DNA from: an uncultured Gemmatimonadales bacterium
GTDB lineage: Bacteria > Gemmatimonadota > Gemmatimonadetes > Gemmatimonadales > GWC2-71-9
DNA: 64,000 nt
NCBI GenBank assembly: GCA_963795085.1
Contig: CAWCFX010000003.1
Span: forward strand, 1-64,000
Direction: 5' to 3'
Made by a program: the position numbers and the translations under genes. This document shows, in pieces, positions 47,467 to 57,022 of the stretch. The first letter of the stretch is position 1, and each line of letters opens with the position of its first letter. Under the pieces are notes generated by a model that made no database searches, was not told where the DNA came from, and saw nothing but the letters and a program-made list of their open reading frames with translations.

Positions 47467-48788
47467 CAGGCGGTCGATGGGGTCTCCTCGCTGGTCTCTT
47501 CGTCGGTCAGCTCCGACAGCAGTGTCCAGAGCTGGTCGCTGGCCTCGGTCGTCATGCCGGGCAGCCGGGCGATCTCGTCGCGCTCCAGGTCCAGCACATC
47601 ATTGAGCGTGGTGTACCCGGCGGTATTGAGCAGGGTCACCAGCTCCGGCGAGAGCCCCTTGATCTCGGTCAGCGGCACCTTGGTGGCGTTCTCGTCCTCC
47701 GAGGGGAGCGGCGCAAAGAGCGGCCCTTCCCCGCCCCGCTCCAGCCACTCCCGGCTGGAGTAGAGGTCGATCTTCCACCCGGTCAGTTCGGAGGCGAGGC
47801 GGACGTTCTGCCCGTTCCGGCCGATGGCCAGCGAAAGCTGGTCCTCGTCCACGATGGCCTGGATGGTCTTGCTCTCCGGGTCGGAGAACACCTTGGCCAC
47901 CCGGGCCGGGGCCAGCGCCAGCCGGGCAAATCGTTCCGGGTCCGGCGACCAGGGCACGATGTCGATCCGCTCGCCGCCCAGTTCGTTGACCACCGCCTGC
48001 ACCCGCGATCCCTTGAGGCCGACACAGGCGCCGACCGGGTCGATGGCGTCGTCCCGGGAGATGACCGCGATCTTGGTGCGGCTGCCGACTTCCCGCGCCC
48101 AGGCCCGGATCTCGACGATCTGCTGCTGGATCTCGGGAACCTCCAGCTTGAAGAGCGCCTTGACGAACAGCGGGTCGCCCCGGGAGAGGATCAGCCGGGG
48201 GCCCTTGGGCGTTTCCTCGATCCGCTTCAGGACCGAGCGAATGGTGTCCCCCTGATGGAAATGCTCCCGGTGATTCTGCTCCCGGTAGGGGATGATCGCT
48301 TCGGCTTCGCGGAACTTGTTGAGCATGATCACCAGCTTGCCCCGCTCGATCTGCTGGACCTCGCCCGAGAGCAGCTCGCCCACCTTGCTGGTGAACTCCT
48401 CCCGGATCCGGTTCCGCTCGCCTTCGCGCACCCGCTGGATGATCCGCTGCTTGGCCGCCTGCACGGCGCCCCGGCCGAACTGCTCGAAGGGCACGTCTTC
48501 CTCGAGCATGTCCCCCACGGCGAACTCGGGATCGACGTACTGGGCCTCCTCGAGCGAGACATCGGCGCTGGTATCCTCGACCAGCTCGACGACCCGGCGG
48601 AGGCGCACCACCCGGATGGTACCCTTGAGCTCGTCCACCGTGATCTCGAACCGGACGTTGGGCCCGTACTTCTTCATGAGCGCCGCCTGGATGCCATCCC
48701 GCAGCAACTCAATCAGCTCGGACCGTTCCAGCTGCTTTACGTTGGTCAGCTCGCGAATCGCGGCCAACACCTCTGCCGAACCACTCAT
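47466..48788 (-). CDS. nusA: Transcription termination factor NusA
   Basis: FGR.AVQAAKQ, EVPEI, DPVGACVG..GSRV, SLAIGRNGQNVRLA; ATG 48788. Confidence 0.97.
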   Translation of the reverse strand: MSGSAEVLAAIRELTNVKQLERSELIELLRDGIQAALMKKYGPNVRFEITVDELKGTIRVVRLRRVVELVEDTSADVSLEEAQYVDPEFAVGDMLEEDVPFEQFGRGAVQAAKQRIIQRVREGERNRIREEFTSKVGELLSGEVQQIERGKLVIMLNKFREAEAIIPYREQNHREHFHQGDTIRSVLKRIEETPKGPRLILSRGDPLFVKALFKLEVPEIQQQIVEIRAWAREVGSRTKIAVISRDDAIDPVGACVGLKGSRVQAVVNELGGERIDIVPWSPDPERFARLALAPARVAKVFSDPESKTIQAIVDEDQLSLAIGRNGQNVRLASELTGWKIDLYSSREWLERGGEGPLFAPLPSEDENATKVPLTEIKGLSPELVTLLNTAGYTTLNDVLDLERDEIARLPGMTTEASDQLWTLLSELTDEETSEETPSTA

Positions 48789-48869
48789 CAAGACCTCACC
48801 GTTGAGAAACCCGCACCCCAACCCGGACCGCCCCGCGCCAGTGCTCAGCACCCGATCTGCGGGCTGAGA

Positions 48870-49334
48870 TCAGTGCTCCCATTCGTACACCAGCGTCGCG
48901 TCCTTGATCTCCCGGAACGGGACCGTCGCTTCGTCGCCATCCTTGAACCGGAGCGTCACACAGTCGTCGCCGGGCACCGCCACGATGGTCGCGGGGGACC
49001 GCGCCGAATGGCGGCCCTTGATCCGCACCAGCCGGCCGGTGAACCGCCGCCAGTGATCCGGATAGACCACTGGCCGCTCCAGTCCCGGCGAGGACACCTC
49101 AAACACGTACCGCGGGCCGACCGCCCCGCGCGTCTCCAGGAAACGCTCGAGCGCCCGGCTCACCCGCGCACAGTCCTCGGCCGTAACCCCATGCCCGGGA
49201 CTGCTGTCGGGACGATCAATCCTTACCTGAAGCAGGGGACGCTGCGTCGAACCACCGCGCCGGAGGTCGACAAGCTCGAATCCAAGCTCCGCCACCTGCT
49301 GGCGCACCGGATGTAGGAGTTCGTCGATGGACAT
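48870..49334 (-). CDS. rimP: Ribosome maturation factor RimP
   Basis: GFELVD, DCARVSR, EVSSPGLERP; ATG 49334. Confidence 0.95.
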   Translation of the reverse strand: MSIDELLHPVRQQVAELGFELVDLRRGGSTQRPLLQVRIDRPDSSPGHGVTAEDCARVSRALERFLETRGAVGPRYVFEVSSPGLERPVVYPDHWRRFTGRLVRIKGRHSARSPATIVAVPGDDCVTLRFKDGDEATVPFREIKDATLVYEWEH

Positions 49335-49343
49335 GCGAGGCTG

Positions 49344-49370
49344 AAAAAAAATGTGGGGAGATCCCCACAT
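49344..49370 (-). terminator. rimP-leader terminator-like hairpin
   Basis: Minus strand ATGTGGGGA-TC-TCCCCACAT-TTTTTTT, 10 nt before rimP. Confidence 0.8.
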
Positions 49371-49509
49371 CAGGCCAACACCCAGAAACCGGTCCCGCAC
49401 AGCACGCAAATCTTAATGGCAAGGCGTGAAAGGGGGCAAGGGGCCAGGGGGTCTCTGGGCCAGGCAATGGGGAGACAAAAGGTCAGAATCAGGGGCCGGG
49501 CGGAGCCGA

Positions 49510-50277
49510 TCAGGTGGGGCTCCGGCCCAGATAGGCCACCATCCGCCCGTCAGCCCCGCGGGAGGCTCGATGGCTGAAGAACCGGTTCCGGTCATGGGCC
49601 GAACACCAGTCCGATGTGGAAATCTCACCCACCCCGAGTGCCTGGGCCTGAGCGACCAGCACATCACGAATGTCGGCATGGTGCGGTTCTCGGTCGCCCA
49701 AGGGGAGAGCCAAGCCCGTCATGACGTCAGAACCTACTTCATAGCAACTGCCACAAATTCCAACGCCACAGTGCATTACGATCTGTGATGGATTCGGCGT
49801 ATTTGTGTGGAAAAGACACCGGATGCCGGCGGCGAGTATCCCGGCCGCCGTTCCCCGCCAGCCGGCATGAAGCAGCGCGAGGCTCCCGGAAACCGGGTCC
49901 AACAGGTAGACAGGGATGCAATCGGCCACGGTGACATAGAGCATCAGGCCGGCGGCGGCGGAGGCGTGACCATCGGTGCCCTCGACCAAGGTCCACCCGG
50001 GGGCCGGTTGGTCGTGACGTGCCACCTGGGCCTGATGGACCTGGTGCCCCAGCACGTGAGCATGGAAGCCTGTCTCGGCCCGGTGCAGCGACCGCCAGCG
50101 CTCCATGACCTGGCCCACCGGCTGATCGGTCCAGAGGCCCAGGTCGAAGGGCACGTCCCCGGATCCCCGGCCCGTGATGCCGGCGACCACGCCGAAGCGC
50201 TCCCGCCACCCGGGAATCTCGAGCCGGGGCACCGGCCCGGGGGCCGGGGTCTCGCGACAGTGGGTTACCGGGGTCAC
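49510..50277 (-). CDS. YfiH/PgeF (laccase-domain, purine nucleoside phosphorylase-like) protein
   Basis: QVH, TDG, VADCIPV, HAGWRG, CYEVG, FFSHR; GTG 50277. Confidence 0.9.
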   Translation of the reverse strand: MTPVTHCRETPAPGPVPRLEIPGWRERFGVVAGITGRGSGDVPFDLGLWTDQPVGQVMERWRSLHRAETGFHAHVLGHQVHQAQVARHDQPAPGWTLVEGTDGHASAAAGLMLYVTVADCIPVYLLDPVSGSLALLHAGWRGTAAGILAAGIRCLFHTNTPNPSQIVMHCGVGICGSCYEVGSDVMTGLALPLGDREPHHADIRDVLVAQAQALGVGEISTSDWCSAHDRNRFFSHRASRGADGRMVAYLGRSPT

Positions 50278-50302
50278 CCAGGCACCGGGCGCTTCAGGGG
50301 CT

Positions 50303-51235
50303 TCAGCTGGCCTGCCTCCCCTTGGTGAGCAGCTTATCGGCGACGCTGGGCCAGTACACCGGGGTGAACTGGGGGAGGCCAAAGTGCTTCTCCGCCGCTT
50401 CCTCGAGCCGCTCCGCGTCCCGCCATCCCCCGTCCAGCAGCGCGGAGCGACGCATCGCCTTGGCGCGGCGAAGGGCCACCTCGCCGTTGGGATCGAGGAT
50501 GACAGCCCGGCCATTCTTGTCGGCCAGCATCTCCATGATGTACTCAAAGGCCAGCGAGAGGTGCCGCTGCACCACCAGGTCTTCCAGGCTCCACCGGCTC
50601 ACGTCGCTGGCGGCCTTCATACCGGTGCGCCAGGCGCGGCTCCGGGTCAAGTGCACCATGCCGCGGAACAGCGCCCGGTTGGTCTTGATGCTGAAAAGCG
50701 TCGGGCTGATAATCTGGTCCAGGTGGGCATCGGCCGGGGCGTGGTCCATCAGGATCAGGTCCCGCGCGTCGCGGGCGTAGTCATGATCCAGGTGGGTCTC
50801 GGCCCGGCTTTCCCAGTAGGAGTGACCCAGCGACGTGGTGCTGCTGGTCAGGACCAGCTGGCGGGGGACGAAATAGTTGTGGGCAATGGTATCGGCCGCC
50901 AGATGGGCGAGATAGCCGAGCCCAAACGCCCGGAGCGCGTCCGTACGGGCCAGATCATGGACTTCCTGGCCCACGTGCCAGGCATGGCAATGGCGGTTAA
51001 CGGGTGCGTACTTCTTGGCGAAGGAGGTATCGGCGGCGATGTTCCCATAAAGGAAATCATAGGGAAAGGCGCGAATCAGGTCCCCCATGCCGCCGGCCAG
51101 CGCCGAGGCGGAGTGGAGCACGGACTGGCCAAGGAAGATGTGGGTCCCCGGCGTCCAGGCGTGCGCTGATTCGGGGAGCGCCAGGAGGGCGACGCCGACC
51201 ACCAGGAACGCGGCGAGGAACCGGAGCACCGGCAT
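50303..51235 (-). CDS. Zinc-dependent phospholipase C family protein
   Basis: Signal peptide ending AHA exposes an N-terminal Trp (WTPGTH); GNIAAD; GYLAHLAADTIAH. Confidence 0.82.
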   Translation of the reverse strand: MPVLRFLAAFLVVGVALLALPESAHAWTPGTHIFLGQSVLHSASALAGGMGDLIRAFPYDFLYGNIAADTSFAKKYAPVNRHCHAWHVGQEVHDLARTDALRAFGLGYLAHLAADTIAHNYFVPRQLVLTSSTTSLGHSYWESRAETHLDHDYARDARDLILMDHAPADAHLDQIISPTLFSIKTNRALFRGMVHLTRSRAWRTGMKAASDVSRWSLEDLVVQRHLSLAFEYIMEMLADKNGRAVILDPNGEVALRRAKAMRRSALLDGGWRDAERLEEAAEKHFGLPQFTPVYWPSVADKLLTKGRQAS

Positions 51236-51729
51236 CAGCGGCGCCGGCCGCCGGGGAGGAACCGCCGGATTCGCCGGAGCAGGCCGCCGCCGGTCCTCAC
51301 TGTACGGATCATGGTCGCGGCGGAGAGCGCGGCCTCCTCCACCTCCTCGTGGACCACCTCGTAGAGGGCGTCCAGGTCCTGCAATCGCTCCTCGATCCGG
51401 TCGGCACCCCGCCGAACCTTCCGCCGGAGCCGCCGGCTGGTCCGCACCAGGGCATCGGCTTCACCCTTGACGGTGTCGATCACGCCGGTGCCCTTGTCGG
51501 CGATCTCCCGGATGCTGCGCAACGCGGGAATCAGGTCGTCGTCCAGGCCCTGGAGGACGTGCGCCATGAGCCGGATGCGCTCTTCGCTCTTCTTGATCGC
51601 GATCATCAGGCCGGTGGCCATGACGATGAAGGACACCGCGATGAGCAGCAGCGAAATGGCCGTCACCGTCCCCACCCACATCGGCATGACCACCTGAGCC
51701 TCGGCCTGCACCAGAGTCGCCAGCACCAT
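51235..51729 (-). CDS. Hypothetical membrane-anchored coiled-coil protein (DUF948-like)
   Basis: One TM followed by amphipathic helices; SD GGAGG. Confidence 0.8.
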   Translation of the reverse strand: MVLATLVQAEAQVVMPMWVGTVTAISLLLIAVSFIVMATGLMIAIKKSEERIRLMAHVLQGLDDDLIPALRSIREIADKGTGVIDTVKGEADALVRTSRRLRRKVRRGADRIEERLQDLDALYEVVHEEVEEAALSAATMIRTVRTGGGLLRRIRRFLPGGRRR

Positions 51730-51781
51730 ACCACCTCCACGTGAACGTCAGCCCAGGATGTAAGGTAATTGGGGGGATTGG

Positions 51782-51826
51782 CCAATACTCTCAATTCCTT
51801 CAATTCCCTCAATTCCCTCAATTCAT
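51782..51826. repeat. Tandem nonamer TCAATTCC(C/T) x4-5
   Basis: In the divergent intergenic region before murA. Confidence 0.85.
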
Positions 51827-51856
51827 GAAACTTACCGCCGTTCGCCGCTGGCTGGC

Positions 51857-51885
51857 TTGACGCACATCACACTCCGGGTGACCTT
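51857..51885 (+). promoter_or_regulatory. Sigma70-like promoter, probably leaderless, for murA
   Basis: TTGACG-N17-GACCTT, 6 nt before ATG 51892; no SD. Confidence 0.5.
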
Positions 51886-51891
51886 TGGCCC

Positions 51892-53175
51892 ATGCCTCCC
51901 CGCTTCCTCGTGCGCGGCGGCCGCCCCTTATCGGGAACGGTCCGCCCCTCCGGCAACAAGAACGCCGCCCTCCCCGTAATCGCCGCGACGCTCCTGGCCG
52001 ACGGGCCGGTCGAGCTCTCGAATATTCCCCGGATCCGCGATGTCGAAACCATGCTGGCCCTGGTGGCCGATCTGGGGAGCCAGGTGAGCTGGACCGGCCC
52101 CAACACGGTCACCATCGACACCCGGTCCGCCGTCCTCAAACCGCTGGACCCCGGGCTCTGTTCCCGAATCCGCGCCTCGATTCTGCTGGCCGGCCCGCTC
52201 CTGGCCCGCTTTGGTTCCGTCACGCTGCCGCCCCCGGGCGGCGACGTCATCGGCCGCCGCCGGGTGGACACCCACTTCCTCGCGCTGGAGCACCTGGGCG
52301 CCGAGGTCCGCGTGGGCGACCGCTACGAGCTGGTGGCGAAGGCGCTCACCGGGACCGACATGTTCCTGGACGAGCCCAGCGTGACCGGGACCGAGAACGC
52401 GCTCATGGCCGCGGTGGCGGCCAAGGGGCGCACCGTTCTCCGGAACGCGGCGGCCGAGCCGCATGTGCAGGACCTTGCCCGCGTGCTGGTGGCGATGGGA
52501 GCGAACATCGAGGGGATTGGCACCAACGTCTACACCATCGAAGGGGGTCGGCCCCTCCACGGCGCCAGTTACGAGATCGGCCCCGACCACATCGAGATCG
52601 CCAGCTTCATCGGTCTCGCGGCGGCAACCAACGGCGCCATCGCCATCGAGCCGGTGCGCGGCGACGATCTCCGAAGCACCCTGCTGGGGTTCGACCGGCT
52701 GGGGGTGCGGCCCCGCTTGAGCCACGCGGTGCTGCACATTGACGCCGCGCAGGAGCGGCGGATCCGGCCCGACCTGGGCGGACACGTCCCCAAGCTGGAA
52801 GACGGGCCCTGGCCCGCCTTTCCCGCCGACGCGATGTCCATCGCCATCGTGGTGGCGACCCAGTGCACCGGCATGGTCCTGATTTTCGAGAAGATGTTCG
52901 AGAGCCGCCTGTTCTTCGTGGACAAGCTGATCGGCATGGGCGCGCGGATCGTCCTCTGCGATCCCCACCGGGCGGTGATCTCGGGGCCATCGCAGCTTCG
53001 GGGCGGGACGGTGGAATCGCCGGACATCCGGGCCGGCATGGCGATGCTGGTGGCGGCGCTGGCCGCGGAAGGCACCAGCACCATCCACAACATCGGCCAG
53101 ATCGAACGGGGCTACGAGAACATCGACGAGCGGCTGCGGGCGCTGGGCGCGGATATCGAAAGATTGACCGATTGA
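51892..53175 (+). CDS. murA: UDP-N-acetylglucosamine 1-carboxyvinyltransferase (Asp variant)
   Basis: GNKNAALP, RASILLAGPLL, PGGDVIG.R, SVTGTEN, DIRAG, RGYE. Confidence 0.96.
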   Translation: MPPRFLVRGGRPLSGTVRPSGNKNAALPVIAATLLADGPVELSNIPRIRDVETMLALVADLGSQVSWTGPNTVTIDTRSAVLKPLDPGLCSRIRASILLAGPLLARFGSVTLPPPGGDVIGRRRVDTHFLALEHLGAEVRVGDRYELVAKALTGTDMFLDEPSVTGTENALMAAVAAKGRTVLRNAAAEPHVQDLARVLVAMGANIEGIGTNVYTIEGGRPLHGASYEIGPDHIEIASFIGLAAATNGAIAIEPVRGDDLRSTLLGFDRLGVRPRLSHAVLHIDAAQERRIRPDLGGHVPKLEDGPWPAFPADAMSIAIVVATQCTGMVLIFEKMFESRLFFVDKLIGMGARIVLCDPHRAVISGPSQLRGGTVESPDIRAGMAMLVAALAAEGTSTIHNIGQIERGYENIDERLRALGADIERLTD

Positions 53176-53194
53176 GGGGAGGCCGCATCGGCCC

Positions 53195-54592
53195 TCACTC
53201 CGTTTTCAGCCCCCCCAGGATCCCGTTCAGCTGCTGCACCAGGGCCAGGTGGGCCGGGTCATCCGCGAGATTCGTCAACTGGAGCGGGTCCGCCACCAGG
53301 TCATAGAGTTCGACCTCCCCGGTCGCATGTTCGGCGTAGGTATGCCGGTGCGTCCGCACTCCCGAGAAGACCCCCTGCCCCAGCATGTGGCTGTCCGGAT
53401 AGAGCACTTCCAGAAGCAACTGCTGGCGCCATGGATGGCTTGGCTCCATGAGCAGCGGAGCGAGGCTGGCACCGTTCATGGCCGCTGGCGGCGTAACCCC
53501 GGCCCACTCTGCAATGGAGGGCGCCAGGTCCAGCAGCGCGACCAGGCTGGTGTCAATCCGGGATACCACTCCCGGGGCCCGGACCAGGAACGGGATCCGG
53601 ATACACTCTTCGTAAACGCAGTCCTTCCAGGTGTAACGGTGTTCCCCCCAGGAGTACCCGTTGTCCGACGCGAAGATCAGCACCGTGTTCCCCAGCCGGT
53701 TGGTCCGCACCAGCGCGTTGTAGATGTTCTGGACCTGCCGGTCCACCGCCTGCAGTGATCGCAGCATGTCGAGCCGCAGCCGGTCGTTGGCGGTCAATTT
53801 TGACCCGGCAAGCTGGGGCAACCCCCGGACCCACGCGGGCTTGTCGGTCACGTCCGGTTCGTTGAAGGAAGCGGGCCGCCACTTGGGCAGGCTGCCGTAA
53901 AGCGTCTTGTCCTGGTTGGCCGGAGTGGCCGGCGGGTGCGGGGCCGCCGGAGAGAAGAACAGGAAGAAGGGCTGCGAGGGCGGGGTCGAGTCAATGAAGG
54001 CCACCGCCTGCCGGCCCAGTACCTGGGTGGAGTAGTGCGCCGTACTGCTGCCGTAGGGGACCACCCGCCCGTTCTCCACCATCGAGTAGTTGTAGTAGCC
54101 CGGATAAACAAAGGCCTGCCATGAGGTCCATCCCGGCGGCTGGTAGGGCCAGGGCGTGAGCTTGTCATAGAGGTTGAGATATTTGCCCACGTAGCCGGTG
54201 CGGTAGCCCGCATCCTGGAGCCAGGTCGCCACGGTGGAGAGATCATTGAACGCCGGGGCGCCGTAGGGCGCACCGTTCCATAGTACGCCATGATTGTGCG
54301 AATGCAGCCCCGTCAGGATCGAGGCGCGGGCGGGACAGCAGAGCGGCGTCGAGGCAAACCCCCGGCTGAACTGGACGGTGTTCGTCCCGAAGACGCCAAG
54401 GGTCCGGGTCATGGTACTGATGGTCTCGGCGCGCTGGTCGTCCGTGAGGATGAGCACGATGTTCATGGCCGAGGTCATCCCCGGGCCCGCCATCGGTGCC
54501 TGGGGCGTCTCGTTGGGGGCCGTCGCGGGCTCTTCGGGGGCGCACGAAGAAATGCCCACCAGGATGATCACGTACAACAGGGGCAGCCGCAT
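53195..54592 (-). CDS. Sulfatase (formylglycine-dependent), probable lipoprotein
   Basis: Lipobox ISSC; NIVLILTDD, CCPARASILTG, GYRTGYVGKY, SDNG, ELYDL..DP.QL.NL. Confidence 0.94.
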   Translation of the reverse strand: MRLPLLYVIILVGISSCAPEEPATAPNETPQAPMAGPGMTSAMNIVLILTDDQRAETISTMTRTLGVFGTNTVQFSRGFASTPLCCPARASILTGLHSHNHGVLWNGAPYGAPAFNDLSTVATWLQDAGYRTGYVGKYLNLYDKLTPWPYQPPGWTSWQAFVYPGYYNYSMVENGRVVPYGSSTAHYSTQVLGRQAVAFIDSTPPSQPFFLFFSPAAPHPPATPANQDKTLYGSLPKWRPASFNEPDVTDKPAWVRGLPQLAGSKLTANDRLRLDMLRSLQAVDRQVQNIYNALVRTNRLGNTVLIFASDNGYSWGEHRYTWKDCVYEECIRIPFLVRAPGVVSRIDTSLVALLDLAPSIAEWAGVTPPAAMNGASLAPLLMEPSHPWRQQLLLEVLYPDSHMLGQGVFSGVRTHRHTYAEHATGEVELYDLVADPLQLTNLADDPAHLALVQQLNGILGGLKTE

Positions 54593-54752
54593 GGCGTCTC
54601 CATGGACAGTCAGCGTGGTCGGGCAGCCGCCGAGCGGAAATACTCCGTCTAGCTCAGCCCGGGTCGCCGATAGGTTGATGAGGAGAAACCATGGTAGGGG
54701 ATGCCTGTGACACGGACGTCAAAACAGGGGTGCAATCCCAACTGATACCCCT

Positions 54753-55358
54753 GTGACATTTTCGAGGTCGGACACTGCGGCGTTGCGCACCTTTGGTCCG
54801 AACGACAACCCCAGCTATTACCCAGGCAGCAGGCTGGCTGACCTGATCGCGACGATCTCAGAAGAACGCCCGACCGCGCTCCTCCTCGACGATCTCCACT
54901 GGGCCGACCCCGGCTCCGGCGAAGTCATATCGACCTGCGGCGAGTTAACTTTTCGTGGGGAGTGGGCAATGCCGACGCCGGTTTTCCTGCCCCGCTCCGG
55001 CCCGGACTATTTCGAGCATTTCAGGCCGCGCGGACCGACCGCTCCACGGGCGGTGGGCCATGTCCATCGTCGCGTTCGAGACGGTTGGCACGAGCGGCCG
55101 GAGGATCACCATCAGTCTGCCGATTGGGCGGTGAGCGACGAGCGCCTGGCACAGATCTCCGCCACCGGCGCCCCGACTCTCCCAGCCGGATGTTCTCGAC
55201 CGCCACACGTGGAGCGCGACGGAGCGGGGGGGGGCTGGCTCCCGTTCGGCACGCCTCGGCCGCAGCGAGCGGAGCTGCCGGACGGGAAATCCTGGATACT
55301 GATCAATCGGGACGAGCCTACGAGAGCGGCGTGGGCTCCGCCCGGAAGTATCCGGTAG
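54753..55358 (+). pseudogene. Probable decayed remnant of an AAA-ATPase-type regulator gene
   Basis: Fragment RLADLIATISEERPTALLLDDLHWAD (Walker B type) without a Walker A; flanks incoherent. Confidence 0.45.
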
Positions 55359-55600
55359 TCGGCGGGCTGGGAATGGAAGCGGAAGTGATGATCCCCATCA
55401 GGTGCCTCGCTGGCAGCAACTCCGGGTCGCCCTGGTCACGGACGTGGATATCGCGAGAGATGGCGCCGGATTCACTCGACCAGCATGCGGAATGAATTTT
55501 CCAGCGGGGGGGTCTCCGGAACCTGGAAAGGCTGAAGATCAGGGTCGGAGCGGTGGACGCCTGGCGGGGAGTCCGGCACCCAGCAGGGGGGAAGGCCCCC

Positions 55601-57022
55601 TCAGTTTCCCAGCTTCTCCAACAGCACCGGCTGTACCTTCTTCGGATCCGCCTTGCCGCCACTCTTCTTCATCACCTGCCCGACGAAGAACCCGGTCAGC
55701 TTGACCTCGCCGCCTTTGAACCGGGCCACCTCGTCCGGGTGCCCGGCCAGCACGTCGTCCACCCACCGGCCCAGCGCGTCGGCATCGCCCACCTGGACCA
55801 GGCCCAGCCGCTCGGCGACATCCCGGGGAGACTCGCCGCCCGCCAGCATCCCTTCATAGACTTTCTTAGCCGCCTGCTGGCTCACCACCCCATCCTTCAC
55901 CATGCCGACCAGGGCGGCCAGGCGGGACGGTTCCACGGGGAATCCCCGACCCTCACTGAAGCCGGTCATCGCGTCGCCCAGCACCCATCCCACGGCCCGG
56001 GCCGGATCCGCCCCGGCCGCGACCACATCCTCGAAGTACCGGGCCACCGCCCGGTCCAGGGTGAGCTGGCCGGCGTGGTACGCCGACACCGCATACCGCT
56101 CCACCAGTCGGTGGCGAAGCGCCGCCGGCAGTTCCGGCAGCGTGGCCCGCCGCTCCGCGATCCATTCCTCCGTCACCACCAGTGGGGGCAGGTCGGGATC
56201 CGGGAAGTAGCGGTAGTCGTGGCTCTCCTCCTTGGAGCGCATGACCCGGACGGTTCCCGCCGCGGCATTGAACAGCAGGCTCACCTGCTCCACCTTGCGC
56301 CCCGATTCCATCAGCTCCACCTGCCGCAGGTACTCCACCTCCAGGGCCCGCTCCACATTCGCGAAGCTGTTCATGTTCTTGACTTCGGTCTTGGTGCCCA
56401 GTTTCGGGTCGCCGGCCTGCCGAATGGACAGGTTGGCGTCCACCCGGAGGCTGCCCTTCTCCATACTGCACTCGCTCACGCCGGCATAGACCAGGATCTG
56501 CTTGAGGGCGGTGAGATAGGCCCGCGCCTCACCGGGGCTCCGCATGTCGGGGCCGCTCACGATCTCGGCCAGCGGCGTTCCCGCCCGGTTGAGGTCCACG
56601 GCGGTCTGGCCGGGAACCCGGTCGTGGAGCGACTTGCCGGCATCCTCTTCCAGATGCAGACGGGTGATCGAAACGGCGATCGGTCCCCGCTCCGGCGATT
56701 CAAAACGCACCTCGCCCCCGGTGGCCAGCGGCTTGTCGAACTGGCTGATCTGGTATCCCTTGGGCAGATCCGGGTAGAAGTAGTTCTTCCGGGCAAAGAC
56801 GCTGGTCTCATGAATGGTGCTCCCCAGCGCCAGCGCGGCCTGGGTACCGAGGCTCACCGCCCGGGCATTGGGAACCGGGAGCGCGCCGGGCAGGCCGAGG
56901 CACACGGGGCACACATGGCTGTTGGGCGGATCACCAAAGGAGACGGCGCAGCCACAGAACATCTTGGAGCGGGTGGCCAGCTGGACATGGACTTCAAGTC
57001 CAATCACGATCTCCCAGGTCAT
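55601..57022 (-). CDS. gatB: Asp/Glu-tRNA amidotransferase subunit B
   Basis: IGLEVH.QL.T.SKMF, RKNYFYPDLPKGYQISQ, DYRYFPDPDL; ATG 57022. Confidence 0.98.
   Translation of the reverse strand: MTWEIVIGLEVHVQLATRSKMFCGCAVSFGDPPNSHVCPVCLGLPGALPVPNARAVSLGTQAALALGSTIHETSVFARKNYFYPDLPKGYQISQFDKPLATGGEVRFESPERGPIAVSITRLHLEEDAGKSLHDRVPGQTAVDLNRAGTPLAEIVSGPDMRSPGEARAYLTALKQILVYAGVSECSMEKGSLRVDANLSIRQAGDPKLGTKTEVKNMNSFANVERALEVEYLRQVELMESGRKVEQVSLLFNAAAGTVRVMRSKEESHDYRYFPDPDLPPLVVTEEWIAERRATLPELPAALRHRLVERYAVSAYHAGQLTLDRAVARYFEDVVAAGADPARAVGWVLGDAMTGFSEGRGFPVEPSRLAALVGMVKDGVVSQQAAKKVYEGMLAGGESPRDVAERLGLVQVGDADALGRWVDDVLAGHPDEVARFKGGEVKLTGFFVGQVMKKSGGKADPKKVQPVLLEKLGN

Noticed and set aside
12966..51826. 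Short repeats as CRISPR arrays
   Set aside because: Units are 7-9 nt, contiguous, without spacers or cas genes.
54648..54670. TAGCTCAG tRNA-like start
   Set aside because: No anticodon arm or T arm follows.
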